This document shows positions 17,810 to 25,811 of a DNA stretch of 43,843 nucleotides, piece after piece. The position numbers were made by a program, and so were the translations under genes. The stretch comes from a virus (Duplodnaviria > Caudoviricetes). The notes beneath the pieces were generated by a model. That model worked only from the letters and a program-made list of their open reading frames with translations, did not search any database and had not been told where the DNA came from. Numbering within the stretch: the first letter of the stretch is position 1; every line of letters starts with the position of its first letter. Location of the stretch: positions 1 through 43,843 of the IMG/VR virus record IMGVR_UViG_3300008255_000200. The stretch is one strand, 5' to 3'.

Positions 17810-19550
17810 GAAAACCACCAAGAAGAAGCCCGACGAGATCGAGCCCCTCGTGATCCACCGGCTCGAGGTAGAGGGGTTCCGCCGGATCCGCGCCGTCCAG
17901 ATCGACGTCGACGGCGGCATCGTCCGGATCTCCGGCGCTAACGGAGCGGGCAAGAGCTCGCTCCTCGACGCCATCCGCTTCGCTCTGGAGGGGAAGCGCG
18001 CGAAGCTGCCCGAGCCGGTGCGCGGGGGCGTGAGCGAGTGCAAGGTCGAGCTCGACATCGGGGAGTACATCGTCCGCCGGCGCCAGACCCAGGAAGGGCG
18101 GCACAGCGTCGAAGTCCTCGCCGCCGACAGCAAGGCGCGGATGCCGTCGCCGCAGAGGGTCTTGACCTCCCTCATGTCCCCCGAGGCCATGGAGCCGATG
18201 GAGTTCCTCGACCTGCCGCCTCGCGAGCTCGCCAACCGGCTCGCACGGTTGCTCGACCTCGACTTTGCCGATCTCGACGCCCGCCGCGCCGCCGCCTACG
18301 AGAGCCGCACCCGCGCAGGGCATGTGGCGACGGCGCTCCGCGGTGAGCTCGAGCAGCTCCCCGCGCAGGAGCCGGGCGACCCGCCGACGACGCCGGCCAG
18401 GCTGACGGAGGAGCTCTCCGAGACCCGCACCGCGCTCCGGCGAGCGGTCGCAGCGGAGAAGACCGCAGAGGATGCCCGCACCGCCCTCCAGGCGACCGTC
18501 AACGAGGTAGCGGTCATCGACCGCCAGATCGCCCAGCTGCGGACCCGTCGTACCGAGCTCATGGACAGGTACACGAAGAGGCGCGCCGACGCCGAGTCCG
18601 CCATCTCGTTCGTCACGGCCTTCGACACGTCGAACCGCTCCGAAGCGCTCGAGGAGCGCCTCCGCGACCTCGAAGCCATGATGGGCCAGGTCGCCGAGGA
18701 ACACGCCACCTACGAGGTCAAGCGTGGCGCCTGGGAGCGCCGGCGCGCGCTCGAGGAGCGCCTCGGCACCGCTCGGGCGCAGATCGACCAGATGACGAAG
18801 CAGATCCTGGCGAACGACGAGCTCAAGGCAAGGATGATCGGCGAGGCGCGGTTCCCGGTCGAAGGCCTCGGCTTCAGCCCCGAGGGCACCGTGACCCTCC
18901 ACGGCCACGACTTCGCGGCTGCGTCCCACGCCGAGAAGCTGCGCGTCCTCACCGCGATGTGCTTCCTCAGCAACCCGCGCCTCCGGGTCGTCCTGCTGCG
19001 GGACGCCTCGCTCCTCGACCAGGACAGCCTCCGGCTCGTAGCCGAGATCACCGCACGTCACGGCGGCCAGACCTGGATCGAGACGGTAGGCGCCGGTGAG
19101 AGCGGCTTCGTCCTCGAGGAGGGCGAGCTCGCGCCCAAAGCCCCGCGCCGGAGCAAGCCTCAACCTCCATGCGGCGAGTGCGGGGCGGTACACGACGAGC
19201 CGCCCTACCACCACACCGAGCCCTGCGACCGCTGCGGCGAGCCCACAGGCACGGTGCACGACGTCGAGGGCGAGGGCCGGTTCTGGCGCTGCGCCCCGTG
19301 CTCGTCGCGTCCTCAGGCCACCGAGGCGTCGACCGTCGACCCGCGACCCGTCGTGACCGCCACCCCCGTCTGCGAGGCGTGCGGGTGGGTCACCGACGAG
19401 TGCAAGTGTCCGACGGACGAGATCCCGATCGAGATCCCCGAGACGATCGAGGAGGTGTTCGCGGAGGTGTTCGCGGAGGCGAAGGGGGGTGCAGCCCTGC
19501 CGCGGGCGCTGTCCGCGCTGCCGGACTTGCCGCCAGAGCCCGATTTCTGA
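17799..19550 (+). CDS. SMC/Rad50-like ABC ATPase with Cys-rich C-terminal extension
   Basis: Walker A GANGAGKSS, long coiled coil, degenerate signature ASHAEK, Walker B/D-loop VLLRDASLLD; then CGEC, CDRC, CAPC, CEAC. Confidence 0.85.
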   Translation: MMAKKTTKKKPDEIEPLVIHRLEVEGFRRIRAVQIDVDGGIVRISGANGAGKSSLLDAIRFALEGKRAKLPEPVRGGVSECKVELDIGEYIVRRRQTQEGRHSVEVLAADSKARMPSPQRVLTSLMSPEAMEPMEFLDLPPRELANRLARLLDLDFADLDARRAAAYESRTRAGHVATALRGELEQLPAQEPGDPPTTPARLTEELSETRTALRRAVAAEKTAEDARTALQATVNEVAVIDRQIAQLRTRRTELMDRYTKRRADAESAISFVTAFDTSNRSEALEERLRDLEAMMGQVAEEHATYEVKRGAWERRRALEERLGTARAQIDQMTKQILANDELKARMIGEARFPVEGLGFSPEGTVTLHGHDFAAASHAEKLRVLTAMCFLSNPRLRVVLLRDASLLDQDSLRLVAEITARHGGQTWIETVGAGESGFVLEEGELAPKAPRRSKPQPPCGECGAVHDEPPYHHTEPCDRCGEPTGTVHDVEGEGRFWRCAPCSSRPQATEASTVDPRPVVTATPVCEACGWVTDECKCPTDEIPIEIPETIEEVFAEVFAEAKGGAALPRALSALPDLPPEPDF

Positions 19551-19604
19551 GAAGCCGTCCAATCGAGCGAAGCACGACACCAACATATGAGGGGAGGAGA
19601 GAAA

Positions 19605-20273
19605 GTGGCGAAGAAGAAGGACCCTGGCCCCGTCGGCGTGCAGCTGCGCGGCGTGCAGCTGCGCGGCGTCGGCGTGGGCGTGACGACTGCCTCGATCGGG
19701 TTCGAGGTGAGCCGCGAGAAGATCACGCTCGACCAGGCCGACGAGCTCCTCGTCGGCGCGCGGCTCAAGGTGATCCTCACGAACGACGACCCCGACCAGC
19801 CGGAGCTGGTCGAGGGAGCCACGCTGCGCGTGAGCAGCGTGGCCGACGTCGGCCGGATCTCGGTGGGGCGAGACAACCTCACCGGGCGGTTTTCGTTCCG
19901 GCGTGACGATGCCGGCGAGGAGGAGTTCAGCCTGCAGATGCTCACCGCGCTCGCTGGCAAGATCGCAAACGTCCACGCAATCCGCGTGGGCGACGTCGGC
20001 GCCGAGGACGCGGCCGACGCCGCCGCTGGCGCCTCGATCGACGCGGCGCCCGTGCTGCCGCCTGTGCCGCCGAAGACCGCCAAGAGCGACGGTCCGCGCG
20101 TCTTCGACAAGAATCTCCTCAAGAGCGCGACGGACTTCGAGCTCGTGATGTGGCAGAACGCCGGCGCGCAGGGCGACCTGTCGGGGGCCGACCTCGCCGC
20201 GATCCGCGACGAGATCAAGAAGCGGGACCAGGGTCGCGTCGACCGGCGCACCGCAAGCACGGGGAGCGCCTAA
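19605..20273 (+). CDS. Hypothetical protein
   Basis: GGAGGAG RBS before GTG 19605; phage-typical codon usage. Confidence 0.7.
   Translation: MAKKKDPGPVGVQLRGVQLRGVGVGVTTASIGFEVSREKITLDQADELLVGARLKVILTNDDPDQPELVEGATLRVSSVADVGRISVGRDNLTGRFSFRRDDAGEEEFSLQMLTALAGKIANVHAIRVGDVGAEDAADAAAGASIDAAPVLPPVPPKTAKSDGPRVFDKNLLKSATDFELVMWQNAGAQGDLSGADLAAIRDEIKKRDQGRVDRRTASTGSA
19635..19669. repeat. In-frame 15-bp tandem duplication (GGCGTGCAGCTGCGC x2)
   Basis: Seen directly; encodes GVQLR twice. Confidence 0.8.
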
Positions 20274-20276
20274 CCC

Positions 20277-21446
20277 ATGACCGACACGAACAACGAGCCG
20301 GAGCCCACACCACCGCCGAGCGAGCCCTCGACGCTCGACCTGTGGGCCCAGCGGGCCGCCACGTCGTCGAGCCCCTACGCCGCCCAGGTCGTAGAGCTCT
20401 GCTGCCTCGTGAAGGAGCTCCGCCAGACCGAGGAGACTCTCGTCGAAGAAGTGGCGGCAGCGCGGGCCCTGACCAAGGACCACCGGGAGTCGATCTCCCA
20501 GCTCGAGCGCGAGGGGCGGGCGAAGGTCGACGCGGCGGAGGCGGAGGCAGCCAAGGCCAAAACCGCCCACGACAAGGCCGCGGCGAACGTCGCCGACCTG
20601 CGCGAGCGCCTCGCCACCGCGGAGGCTGAGCGCGAGAAGGAGCACGCCGCCGCCCTCGAGGCCCGAGACGCGGCCGCCCTCGCCGAGGCGGAGGTGCGGG
20701 GCCAGCAGCTCTCGGTCGACAACGCTGCCGAGGAGGTCGAGAACGAGCGCCGGAAGACCAAGGAGGCCCGCGCCGTCACCGACGGCATGAAGGCTGAGTA
20801 CCTCGACGCCGTCTCACGCGCGAAGGACCTCGAGCGCGACTTCGAGGAGGCTTCGAAGGCGTTCGTGGACGCCGTCTCCGAGCGTGAGCGACTCGAGGAG
20901 CTTCTCTCTCAGACGCGCGAGGAACTGGCAGCCGAGCGGTCCGCGCTCGTGAGGCTGAGTCGGTTCCTCTCCGACAGCACCCCCTATCCGCCCGCCAACG
21001 ACGACACGTCGTCGGCGGCGATCCACGCCCTCGCCACCTACCAGGGCCTGCTCGAGGAGGCTGGCAGCACGATCGAGAGCCGCGACCGTGAGCTCGCCGC
21101 CACGCGCCGGGACCTCGGCGTCCTCGAGGAGATGAAGCGCAAGGGCAAGCTGGCCGCTGCGAACTACGTCCGCGAGGGCCTCAAGGCGCAGTGGCAGGCG
21201 AAGGGCTGGCGCGAAGCCGCGAGCCAGCTCTTCGCCAAGCTGGAGCAGATCGAGCGCCTCAAGCAGGAGCTGCGGGAGGCCCTCCCTGTCGGCGTCCCAC
21301 CGATGCGCACGTTCCAGCACCGGGCCCTCAAGCTGGCGGCCGAGCGCCGATTCGTCGCGGTTCGAGGCGCGACGGGTGATGTGGTCGTCCTCGACGAGGA
21401 GCAGCGGAACCGACTGCTGGCCTCGGAACAGGGCCGGCCGGCGTGA
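20277..21446 (+). CDS. Long coiled-coil hypothetical protein
   Basis: 389 aa, rich in Ala/Glu/Arg heptads. Confidence 0.75.
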   Translation: MTDTNNEPEPTPPPSEPSTLDLWAQRAATSSSPYAAQVVELCCLVKELRQTEETLVEEVAAARALTKDHRESISQLEREGRAKVDAAEAEAAKAKTAHDKAAANVADLRERLATAEAEREKEHAAALEARDAAALAEAEVRGQQLSVDNAAEEVENERRKTKEARAVTDGMKAEYLDAVSRAKDLERDFEEASKAFVDAVSERERLEELLSQTREELAAERSALVRLSRFLSDSTPYPPANDDTSSAAIHALATYQGLLEEAGSTIESRDRELAATRRDLGVLEEMKRKGKLAAANYVREGLKAQWQAKGWREAASQLFAKLEQIERLKQELREALPVGVPPMRTFQHRALKLAAERRFVAVRGATGDVVVLDEEQRNRLLASEQGRPA

Positions 21447-21605
21447 CGTCGTCACCTGGAGGGCGCGACGGCTGCCGGTGGTGTCGCCGGCGGCGGCGGC
21501 GGCCCGCACGCCGTAGCACGCGAACCGCCAGTGGGCCTGCCGACACCGCTTCGAGCAGAACCGGGCGTCACGCCGAGCCGTCACCTCGAGGTCGACCACC
21601 GCACA
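21443..21605 (-). pseudogene. Probable relic of an RRDA-x-FCSxxCRQ zinc-finger-type phage gene
   Basis: The minus strand reads CAVVDLEVTARRDARFCSKRCRQAHWRF. The expected N-terminal CxxC is incomplete and an in-frame stop lies just upstream. Confidence 0.4.
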
Positions 21606-21624
21606 AGTTCATAAAGGAGCTACG

Positions 21625-21864
21625 ATGACACAGTACATAACTCTCATGGGGGCGGAAGATGTGCAGCGCGCCGGTTACACTATTCGGGAAGCCGCTGACA
21701 GCTTTGCCCGCAGCGTCAGCAACCTCGAGATGATTCTGGAGCGTCACGCGGCCAGGATCGAGGAGGTCGTCACCCGCATCGAAGAAGCCATTCGGTTCCA
21801 AGGGACCTCAGGGGACCTCAGCCGAACAGGCCCCGCTGCCGCGGGTCAGCAGGCTTCGGCGTAA
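21625..21864 (+). CDS. Small hypothetical protein
   Basis: AAAGGAG RBS; visibly more AT-rich than its flanks; stop codon lies inside the left direct repeat. Confidence 0.7.
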   Translation: MTQYITLMGAEDVQRAGYTIREAADSFARSVSNLEMILERHAARIEEVVTRIEEAIRFQGTSGDLSRTGPAAAGQQASA

Positions 21865-21865
21865 C
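21795..21865. repeat. Left direct repeat flanking the methyltransferase
   Basis: 21812-21865 is identical to 23122-23175 (54 bp). 21795-21810 also matches 23115-23130, so this copy carries an extra 10-bp unit (GGGGACCTCA). Confidence 0.95.
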
Positions 21866-23082
21866 GTCTCTACTCTACATCGCACACCGACGAATGTCTT
21901 GATGGTTCTCGCGAGCCTGCGCCCGACCCACATGGCGAGCGTCGTCGGGATCGCGTTGCCGAGCGCGCGGTAGCGCGGGCCGTCCGGGCAGCGGCAAGTG
22001 GCCGTCGAATACGGGGCGCAGCCGCAGGTGCAACTCCATCCATCCGGGAACCCCTGGAGTCGCTCGGCCTCGAGCGGCGTCAGGCGGCGCACGCCGAACG
22101 CGGGCGAGGCGACGGCACCCCGGCCCGTCGCGGCGACCGCGTAGGCGGGCGAGCCCGGTCGACACGCGCTCCGGTTCTCGGGGTGGGTGACCTGCTCGAG
22201 GTTGACCGGGATCAGCATCTCGGACGCGACCTCGCCGTTCGTCTCGCCGCGGCACAGCGACTCGGTGACGGTGGGCGAGACGATGAACGTGTCCGACTCG
22301 CCGTCGATCCGCTGGCCGCTCGTCAGGAGGGGGCGAGCGACGAGGAGATGGCCTGCCTGGGCGTCGTCGTCGGGGCCGGCAACGCCGTGCCCGCTCCCGG
22401 TCCTCGCTCGGAGCGTCCCCGCGACGCGACCTCCTCGAGCACGCCCGCCAGATCCGTCGGCAGCGTCCGCCCCCGCTTCTTCGCCCGTATGAGCACGCCC
22501 GCACACGCTTTCGGGCTCAGAAAGAACCGCGCAGGCACGGTCCCGGGCTCCAAGATGTCCGACAACGATGACGCGGCGCCGTCGCTGGGGCACTCCGGTG
22601 TACTGAGCGTCCAGCACGCGCCACGCGCCCACGTACCCGAGGTCGGCCAGGGCCCCGAGAAGGCGTCCCATGCTGCTCCGAACAGGCTCGGCTTGGTCCA
22701 CGCCCCGCCGGGCTCGCGCGTCGCCAGGAGGCGCGTGGAGGAGCCCGCAGACGTTCTCGAGGACGATCCACTCGGGACGGCAGACGTCGGCGAGCTCGAA
22801 GAAGCGGAAGACGAGGGAGGATCGCTCGCCTGCGAAGCCGCGCCGCGCGCCCGCCTGCGAGAGGTCTTGGCAGGGGAAACCTGCGCTCCAGATGTCGGCG
22901 GGCGGGATCTCATTGGGGTGGACCTCGGCGATGTCGTGGAAGAGCGGCGGGGTGCCGAAGCGCGCCTCGTAGACCCGGCGCGCGAAGGGGTCGAGTTCGC
23001 ACGCGGAGACGGTCGCGATGCCGGCCGCGGCGAAGCCGATCTCGAAGCCGCCGATGCCGCTGAAGAACGAAGCATGCTTCAT
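21808..23082 (-). CDS. C5 cytosine DNA methyltransferase
   Basis: Motif I FSGIGG, IV GFPCQD, VI ENV, VIII PQRRRR, IX RRLTPLEAERLQGFPD, X ALGNAI. Confidence 0.95.
   Translation of the reverse strand: MKHASFFSGIGGFEIGFAAAGIATVSACELDPFARRVYEARFGTPPLFHDIAEVHPNEIPPADIWSAGFPCQDLSQAGARRGFAGERSSLVFRFFELADVCRPEWIVLENVCGLLHAPPGDARARRGVDQAEPVRSSMGRLLGALADLGYVGAWRVLDAQYTGVPQRRRRVIVVGHLGARDRACAVLSEPESVCGRAHTGEEAGADAADGSGGRARGGRVAGTLRARTGSGHGVAGPDDDAQAGHLLVARPLLTSGQRIDGESDTFIVSPTVTESLCRGETNGEVASEMLIPVNLEQVTHPENRSACRPGSPAYAVAATGRGAVASPAFGVRRLTPLEAERLQGFPDGWSCTCGCAPYSTATCRCPDGPRYRALGNAIPTTLAMWVGRRLARTIKTFVGVRCRVETLRRSLLTRGSGACSAEVP
22323..22913 (-). CDS. Probable overprinted protein in an alternative frame of the methyltransferase
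   Basis: ATG 22913 has GAGGT about 8 nt upstream. Contains CWTLSTPECPSDGAASSLSDILE...FFLSPKACAGVLIRAKKRGRTLP, a pattern I recall from hypothetical proteins overlapping phage C5-methyltransferases. Confidence 0.55.
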   Translation of the reverse strand: MRSRPPTSGAQVSPAKTSRRRARGAASQASDPPSSSASSSSPTSAVPSGSSSRTSAGSSTRLLATREPGGAWTKPSLFGAAWDAFSGPWPTSGTWARGACWTLSTPECPSDGAASSLSDILEPGTVPARFFLSPKACAGVLIRAKKRGRTLPTDLAGVLEEVASRGRSERGPGAGTALPAPTTTPRQAISSSLAPS

Positions 23083-23114
23083 GCGTCCGCGTCCTTCAAG
23101 CGCGCGTGGGACCT

Positions 23115-23175
23115 GTTCCAAGGGACCTCAGCCGAACAGGCCCCGCTGCCGCGGGTCAGCAGGCTTCGGCGTAAC
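23115..23175. repeat. Right direct repeat (contains the 3' end of gene 23128-23364)
   Basis: Matches 21795-21865 apart from the 10-bp extra unit. Confidence 0.95.
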
Positions 23176-23364
23176 CAGGCCGAGCTGGTGCTTCACCTCG
23201 TCACACCACGCCTTGTAGGGGTGGTGCTTCCGCTCGCCGAGGAGGAGCCGGTCCCACTCCGCGCGAAGCCGCTTCCGCGTCTCCTTCAGGTCGCAGCCGT
23301 CCGCGCGCGCGCTGGCGATCACGCGCGCGATGTGGGGACGCAAGCGATCCCGCCAGGTGCTCAC
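23128..23364 (-). CDS. Small basic hypothetical protein ending in QRGLFG
   Basis: GTGA overlap; contains GERKHHPYKAWCDEV; C-terminal QxxLF clamp-like motif. Confidence 0.7.
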   Translation of the reverse strand: MSTWRDRLRPHIARVIASARADGCDLKETRKRLRAEWDRLLLGERKHHPYKAWCDEVKHQLGLVTPKPADPRQRGLFG

Positions 23365-23684
23365 AGCACGTCCCCCGGCACCCAGTGCTGTTCGCCGCCC
23401 TCGTCCGCCACCTCGCGGATGCGCCGGACCTCCTCCCTGACCGCCTTCGTCGACCTCAGCAGGTCGACCAGGCACGACTCGCGAGGGACGTTGTAGCGCC
23501 TCGCGATCACCGTCAGGGCCCGCGCCACCTCCCGAGGCACGCGGTGGCGGATCTCTACGTAGTCCCGCTTCGGCCGCGGGATCTCCGCGGTCGCCTCGCC
23601 GCCCTCCCGGCCGGCCGCCTTGCGCTGCTTCCGTGCGCGCTCCCGCGCGAACCGGTTCAGGTCCTCAAGCCGTTTGGTGCCCAT
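23361..23684 (-). CDS. RHH-like DNA-binding protein
   Basis: GAGGAG RBS; VEIRHRVPREVARALTVIARRYNVPRESCLVDLL. Confidence 0.6.
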   Translation of the reverse strand: MGTKRLEDLNRFARERARKQRKAAGREGGEATAEIPRPKRDYVEIRHRVPREVARALTVIARRYNVPRESCLVDLLRSTKAVREEVRRIREVADEGGEQHWVPGDVL

Positions 23685-23883
23685 CGTTCGCTCCTCTCGG
23701 GTCTTGGTCCTCGAGACGATCCAACGCCGTCCGGACCTGGGGCTCCCTGATAGCGATCACACACGCGGTCAGGGGGCACCCCATGAAGTAGAGCGGCTGG
23801 TCCGCACACGGCGTGGGGCTCGAGGGCCCCCACGCCGGCTGCAGCCAGCCGCGACAGACGCTGCAGCGGCCGTGGCCGATCAC
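23665..23883 (-). CDS. Small Cys-rich hypothetical protein
   Basis: GTGA overlap; CSVC plus three further Cys. Confidence 0.5.
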   Translation of the reverse strand: MIGHGRCSVCRGWLQPAWGPSSPTPCADQPLYFMGCPLTACVIAIREPQVRTALDRLEDQDPRGANDGHQTA

Positions 23884-24092
23884 GGATCGTCGTCGTCCGC
23901 CGGCTCATCATTGTCCGCCTCGGCCTCCTCGAGGCAGTCGAGGCAGTATGCCTCGCCCCGGGCGGCCGGCCCGAGGCACCCGCGCGACGCGCACTCCGGT
24001 GGTTCGTCGGGCGGGCCACCAAAGGGGTCGTGAGGATCCCCGCCCGCGAACCGCTCGGGCCAGTCGTCGAGGTACCCGGTGTCGTCGATCAT
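23880..24092 (-). CDS. Small acidic protein with zinc-finger-like motif
   Basis: AGGAG RBS; CASRGC...YCLDC. Confidence 0.65.
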   Translation of the reverse strand: MIDDTGYLDDWPERFAGGDPHDPFGGPPDEPPECASRGCLGPAARGEAYCLDCLEEAEADNDEPADDDDP

Positions 24093-24283
24093 GGACCGCT
24101 CCTGTCCGCGGGACCAGCTCCGCGCGGCGGCCGGCCGGAAGGCTCGGCGACAAGGACGGCCTCGTCGGGGCCGCCGATCGCGGCGCTGCGGTCGTCGTGG
24201 CACGCATCGCAGCTCCGGTTGGGACCCGGCCGGCGCGGGAGCCACCGCGCGCCGACCGGGGGAGCTGGGCTCCCATCGCCGCG

Positions 24284-24314
24284 AGCCCCGCCGGGTTCTG
24301 GTCCCGGCGGGGCT
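24284..24314. terminator. 12-bp perfect hairpin (terminator or processing site)
   Basis: AGCCCCGCCGGG-7 nt-CCCGGCGGGGCT, just after the stop of 24331-24771; no U-tract. Confidence 0.4.
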
Positions 24315-24330
24315 AGACAGGGTGCGTGCG

Positions 24331-24771
24331 CTACGCCCCGCGAACGGGGCCGAGGGTTGTGTAGGAGGTCGTCCGGGACCGCTGCCACGCCGCATGGCGC
24401 CGCGTGAACCGCGCCCACCTGGCCGCCGCTGCGCTCGCCGCATCCCCGTGCCGCTCGAGCTCTCGATCCGTCAACGGTGTCCCCTCGGGCGACTTCGGCT
24501 CCTCGAAGAGAGCCAGGGCCCGCCGGAGCAGAGTGACCGCTTCTGCCCGGAGTTGACGGCACGTCGGGCAGATGTGGGTGATGTTACGCATAGCGATCTT
24601 GATGCCCATCCGTCGAGCGTCGCGGACCGCAGCGATGCAGCCCGGGATCATGGCCGGCCCCCGCACCTCCCCGGACCACACGAATCCGAGCTCGCACCGG
24701 ACCGCCCGGTAGCGGATGCGGGCGCGGGCCAGGGCGACGAGCCCGGGCGCGTCGAGAGGGGGCGCGCTCAT
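24331..24771 (-). CDS. Hypothetical protein
   Basis: ATGA overlap with the upstream gene; CPTC motif. Confidence 0.6.
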   Translation of the reverse strand: MSAPPLDAPGLVALARARIRYRAVRCELGFVWSGEVRGPAMIPGCIAAVRDARRMGIKIAMRNITHICPTCRQLRAEAVTLLRRALALFEEPKSPEGTPLTDRELERHGDAASAAAARWARFTRRHAAWQRSRTTSYTTLGPVRGA

Positions 24772-24968
24772 CCTCGAGCCTCGTCGCCCGTGATCGTGAT
24801 CGTCGTCACCTCCCGCGCGTGCTCATTCCCGCACGCTTCGGCCTCGGCCGCCTCGCGCGTCGGCCACTTCCGGGCCACCCGCGTGCGCCGCACGTAGCTC
24901 TTGGGGCGCCCGGGCAGCGCCACGAACCAGAGCTTCCCCTCTTCGTTCTTCGCCAGGACCCACGCCAT
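24768..24968 (-). CDS. Small hypothetical protein
   Basis: GGAGG RBS before ATG 24968 (MAWVLAKNEEGKLWF...). Confidence 0.65.
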   Translation of the reverse strand: MAWVLAKNEEGKLWFVALPGRPKSYVRRTRVARKWPTREAAEAEACGNEHAREVTTITITGDEARG

Positions 24969-24969
24969 C

Positions 24970-25400
24970 TCAGCCTCCCCTGGTGCCGCCTCGACGCGGC
25001 AGAAAGCCCACGGGCCCGCTCGGGTACCGGTGCACCGAGCAGAGCCGGCAGGCGTTGCACGTTGTCCCGTGGGTGTCCCACGGGCACACGATCCCCGGCC
25101 GACCCGCCGGGGTGACGAACGACGGGCCCTCGAGCCCGTCCGGTGGTCGACCGTGTAGCGGTCGGGCTCCCGGGCCGCGGCGCGCTGCACGCTCCCGAGG
25201 GCCCGGTCAACGTTGCCGCGGTACGCGTAGCACGCTGGCAGCTCGTCGCCGCGCTCGCGCGGGCCGCCCGCGCTGGCCGGCAGCAGCGGGCACCCCCCGC
25301 AGCTCGCGCGCGTCTCCGCGCGCGTCGAGCCCACCCAGGCCGTCGGGACGTTCCCTGTCTTCTCGTTCGTGGAGCGGGAGGTCCAGAGCAGGATGCTCAT
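24970..25400 (-). pseudogene. Frameshifted, internally deleted Cys-rich (Fe-S/radical-SAM-like) phage gene
   Basis: N-half NEKTGNVP...SCGGCPL...CYA is in one frame; C-half IVCPWDTHGTTCNACRLC...VGF is in another. The switch is near 25143. Confidence 0.6.
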
Positions 25401-25600
25401 GCCCGCCCCCCTGCGCGCTCGAGCTTGGGCCGGCAGGGCCACTCGCCCCGCACGAACGCCTCTTCGTCGTGCTCCTCGTCGGCGCACACCACGCAGAGTG
25501 GGATGGCGCCGTCGCCGTCGCCCGTGTCGACGAGGATGACGTGCTCACCACCGCGGCAGCACCGGCACCGGCGCCCGCGGGTCCGACCCTCAGCAGCCAT
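25397..25600 (-). CDS. Small zinc-finger-like protein
   Basis: CRCC...CVVC; ATGA overlap with the next gene. Confidence 0.55.
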   Translation of the reverse strand: MAAEGRTRGRRCRCCRGGEHVILVDTGDGDGAIPLCVVCADEEHDEEAFVRGEWPCRPKLERAGGRA

Positions 25601-25811
25601 GGCGCAGCTCGCTTGCCACGAGCGCGCGGTAGCGGCGGTCGTCCTCCTGGTCGTCGAGCCACAGCTTGTAGAGCCCGTCGACGCTCGGGTTGACGTGCGC
25701 ACCCTCGCCGTCGCACCGGCCGCAGACCTCCCAGCGCGCCGGCAGCTCGTGGACGTGCTCCTCGCCGTCGTCGTCCTCAACCGTGAATCGGACCGTTGTG
25801 GGCTTAGCCAT
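25590..25811 (-). CDS. Small protein with one CxxCxGxG motif
   Basis: GGAG RBS; LPARWEVCGRCDGEGAHVNPS. Confidence 0.65.
   Translation of the reverse strand: MAKPTTVRFTVEDDDGEEHVHELPARWEVCGRCDGEGAHVNPSVDGLYKLWLDDQEDDRRYRALVASELRHGC

Noticed and set aside
24089-24330. Possible extra small gene (CDAC motif) in the accessory operon
   Set aside because: No convincing start codon or RBS in that frame after the hairpin.
21590-25152. 12-bp inverted pair GGTCGACCACCG (21590-21601 and 25141-25152) at two apparent breakpoints, suggesting an inversion
   Set aside because: Re-inverting the segment restores neither broken gene, and GTCGAC-containing words are very common in this genome.
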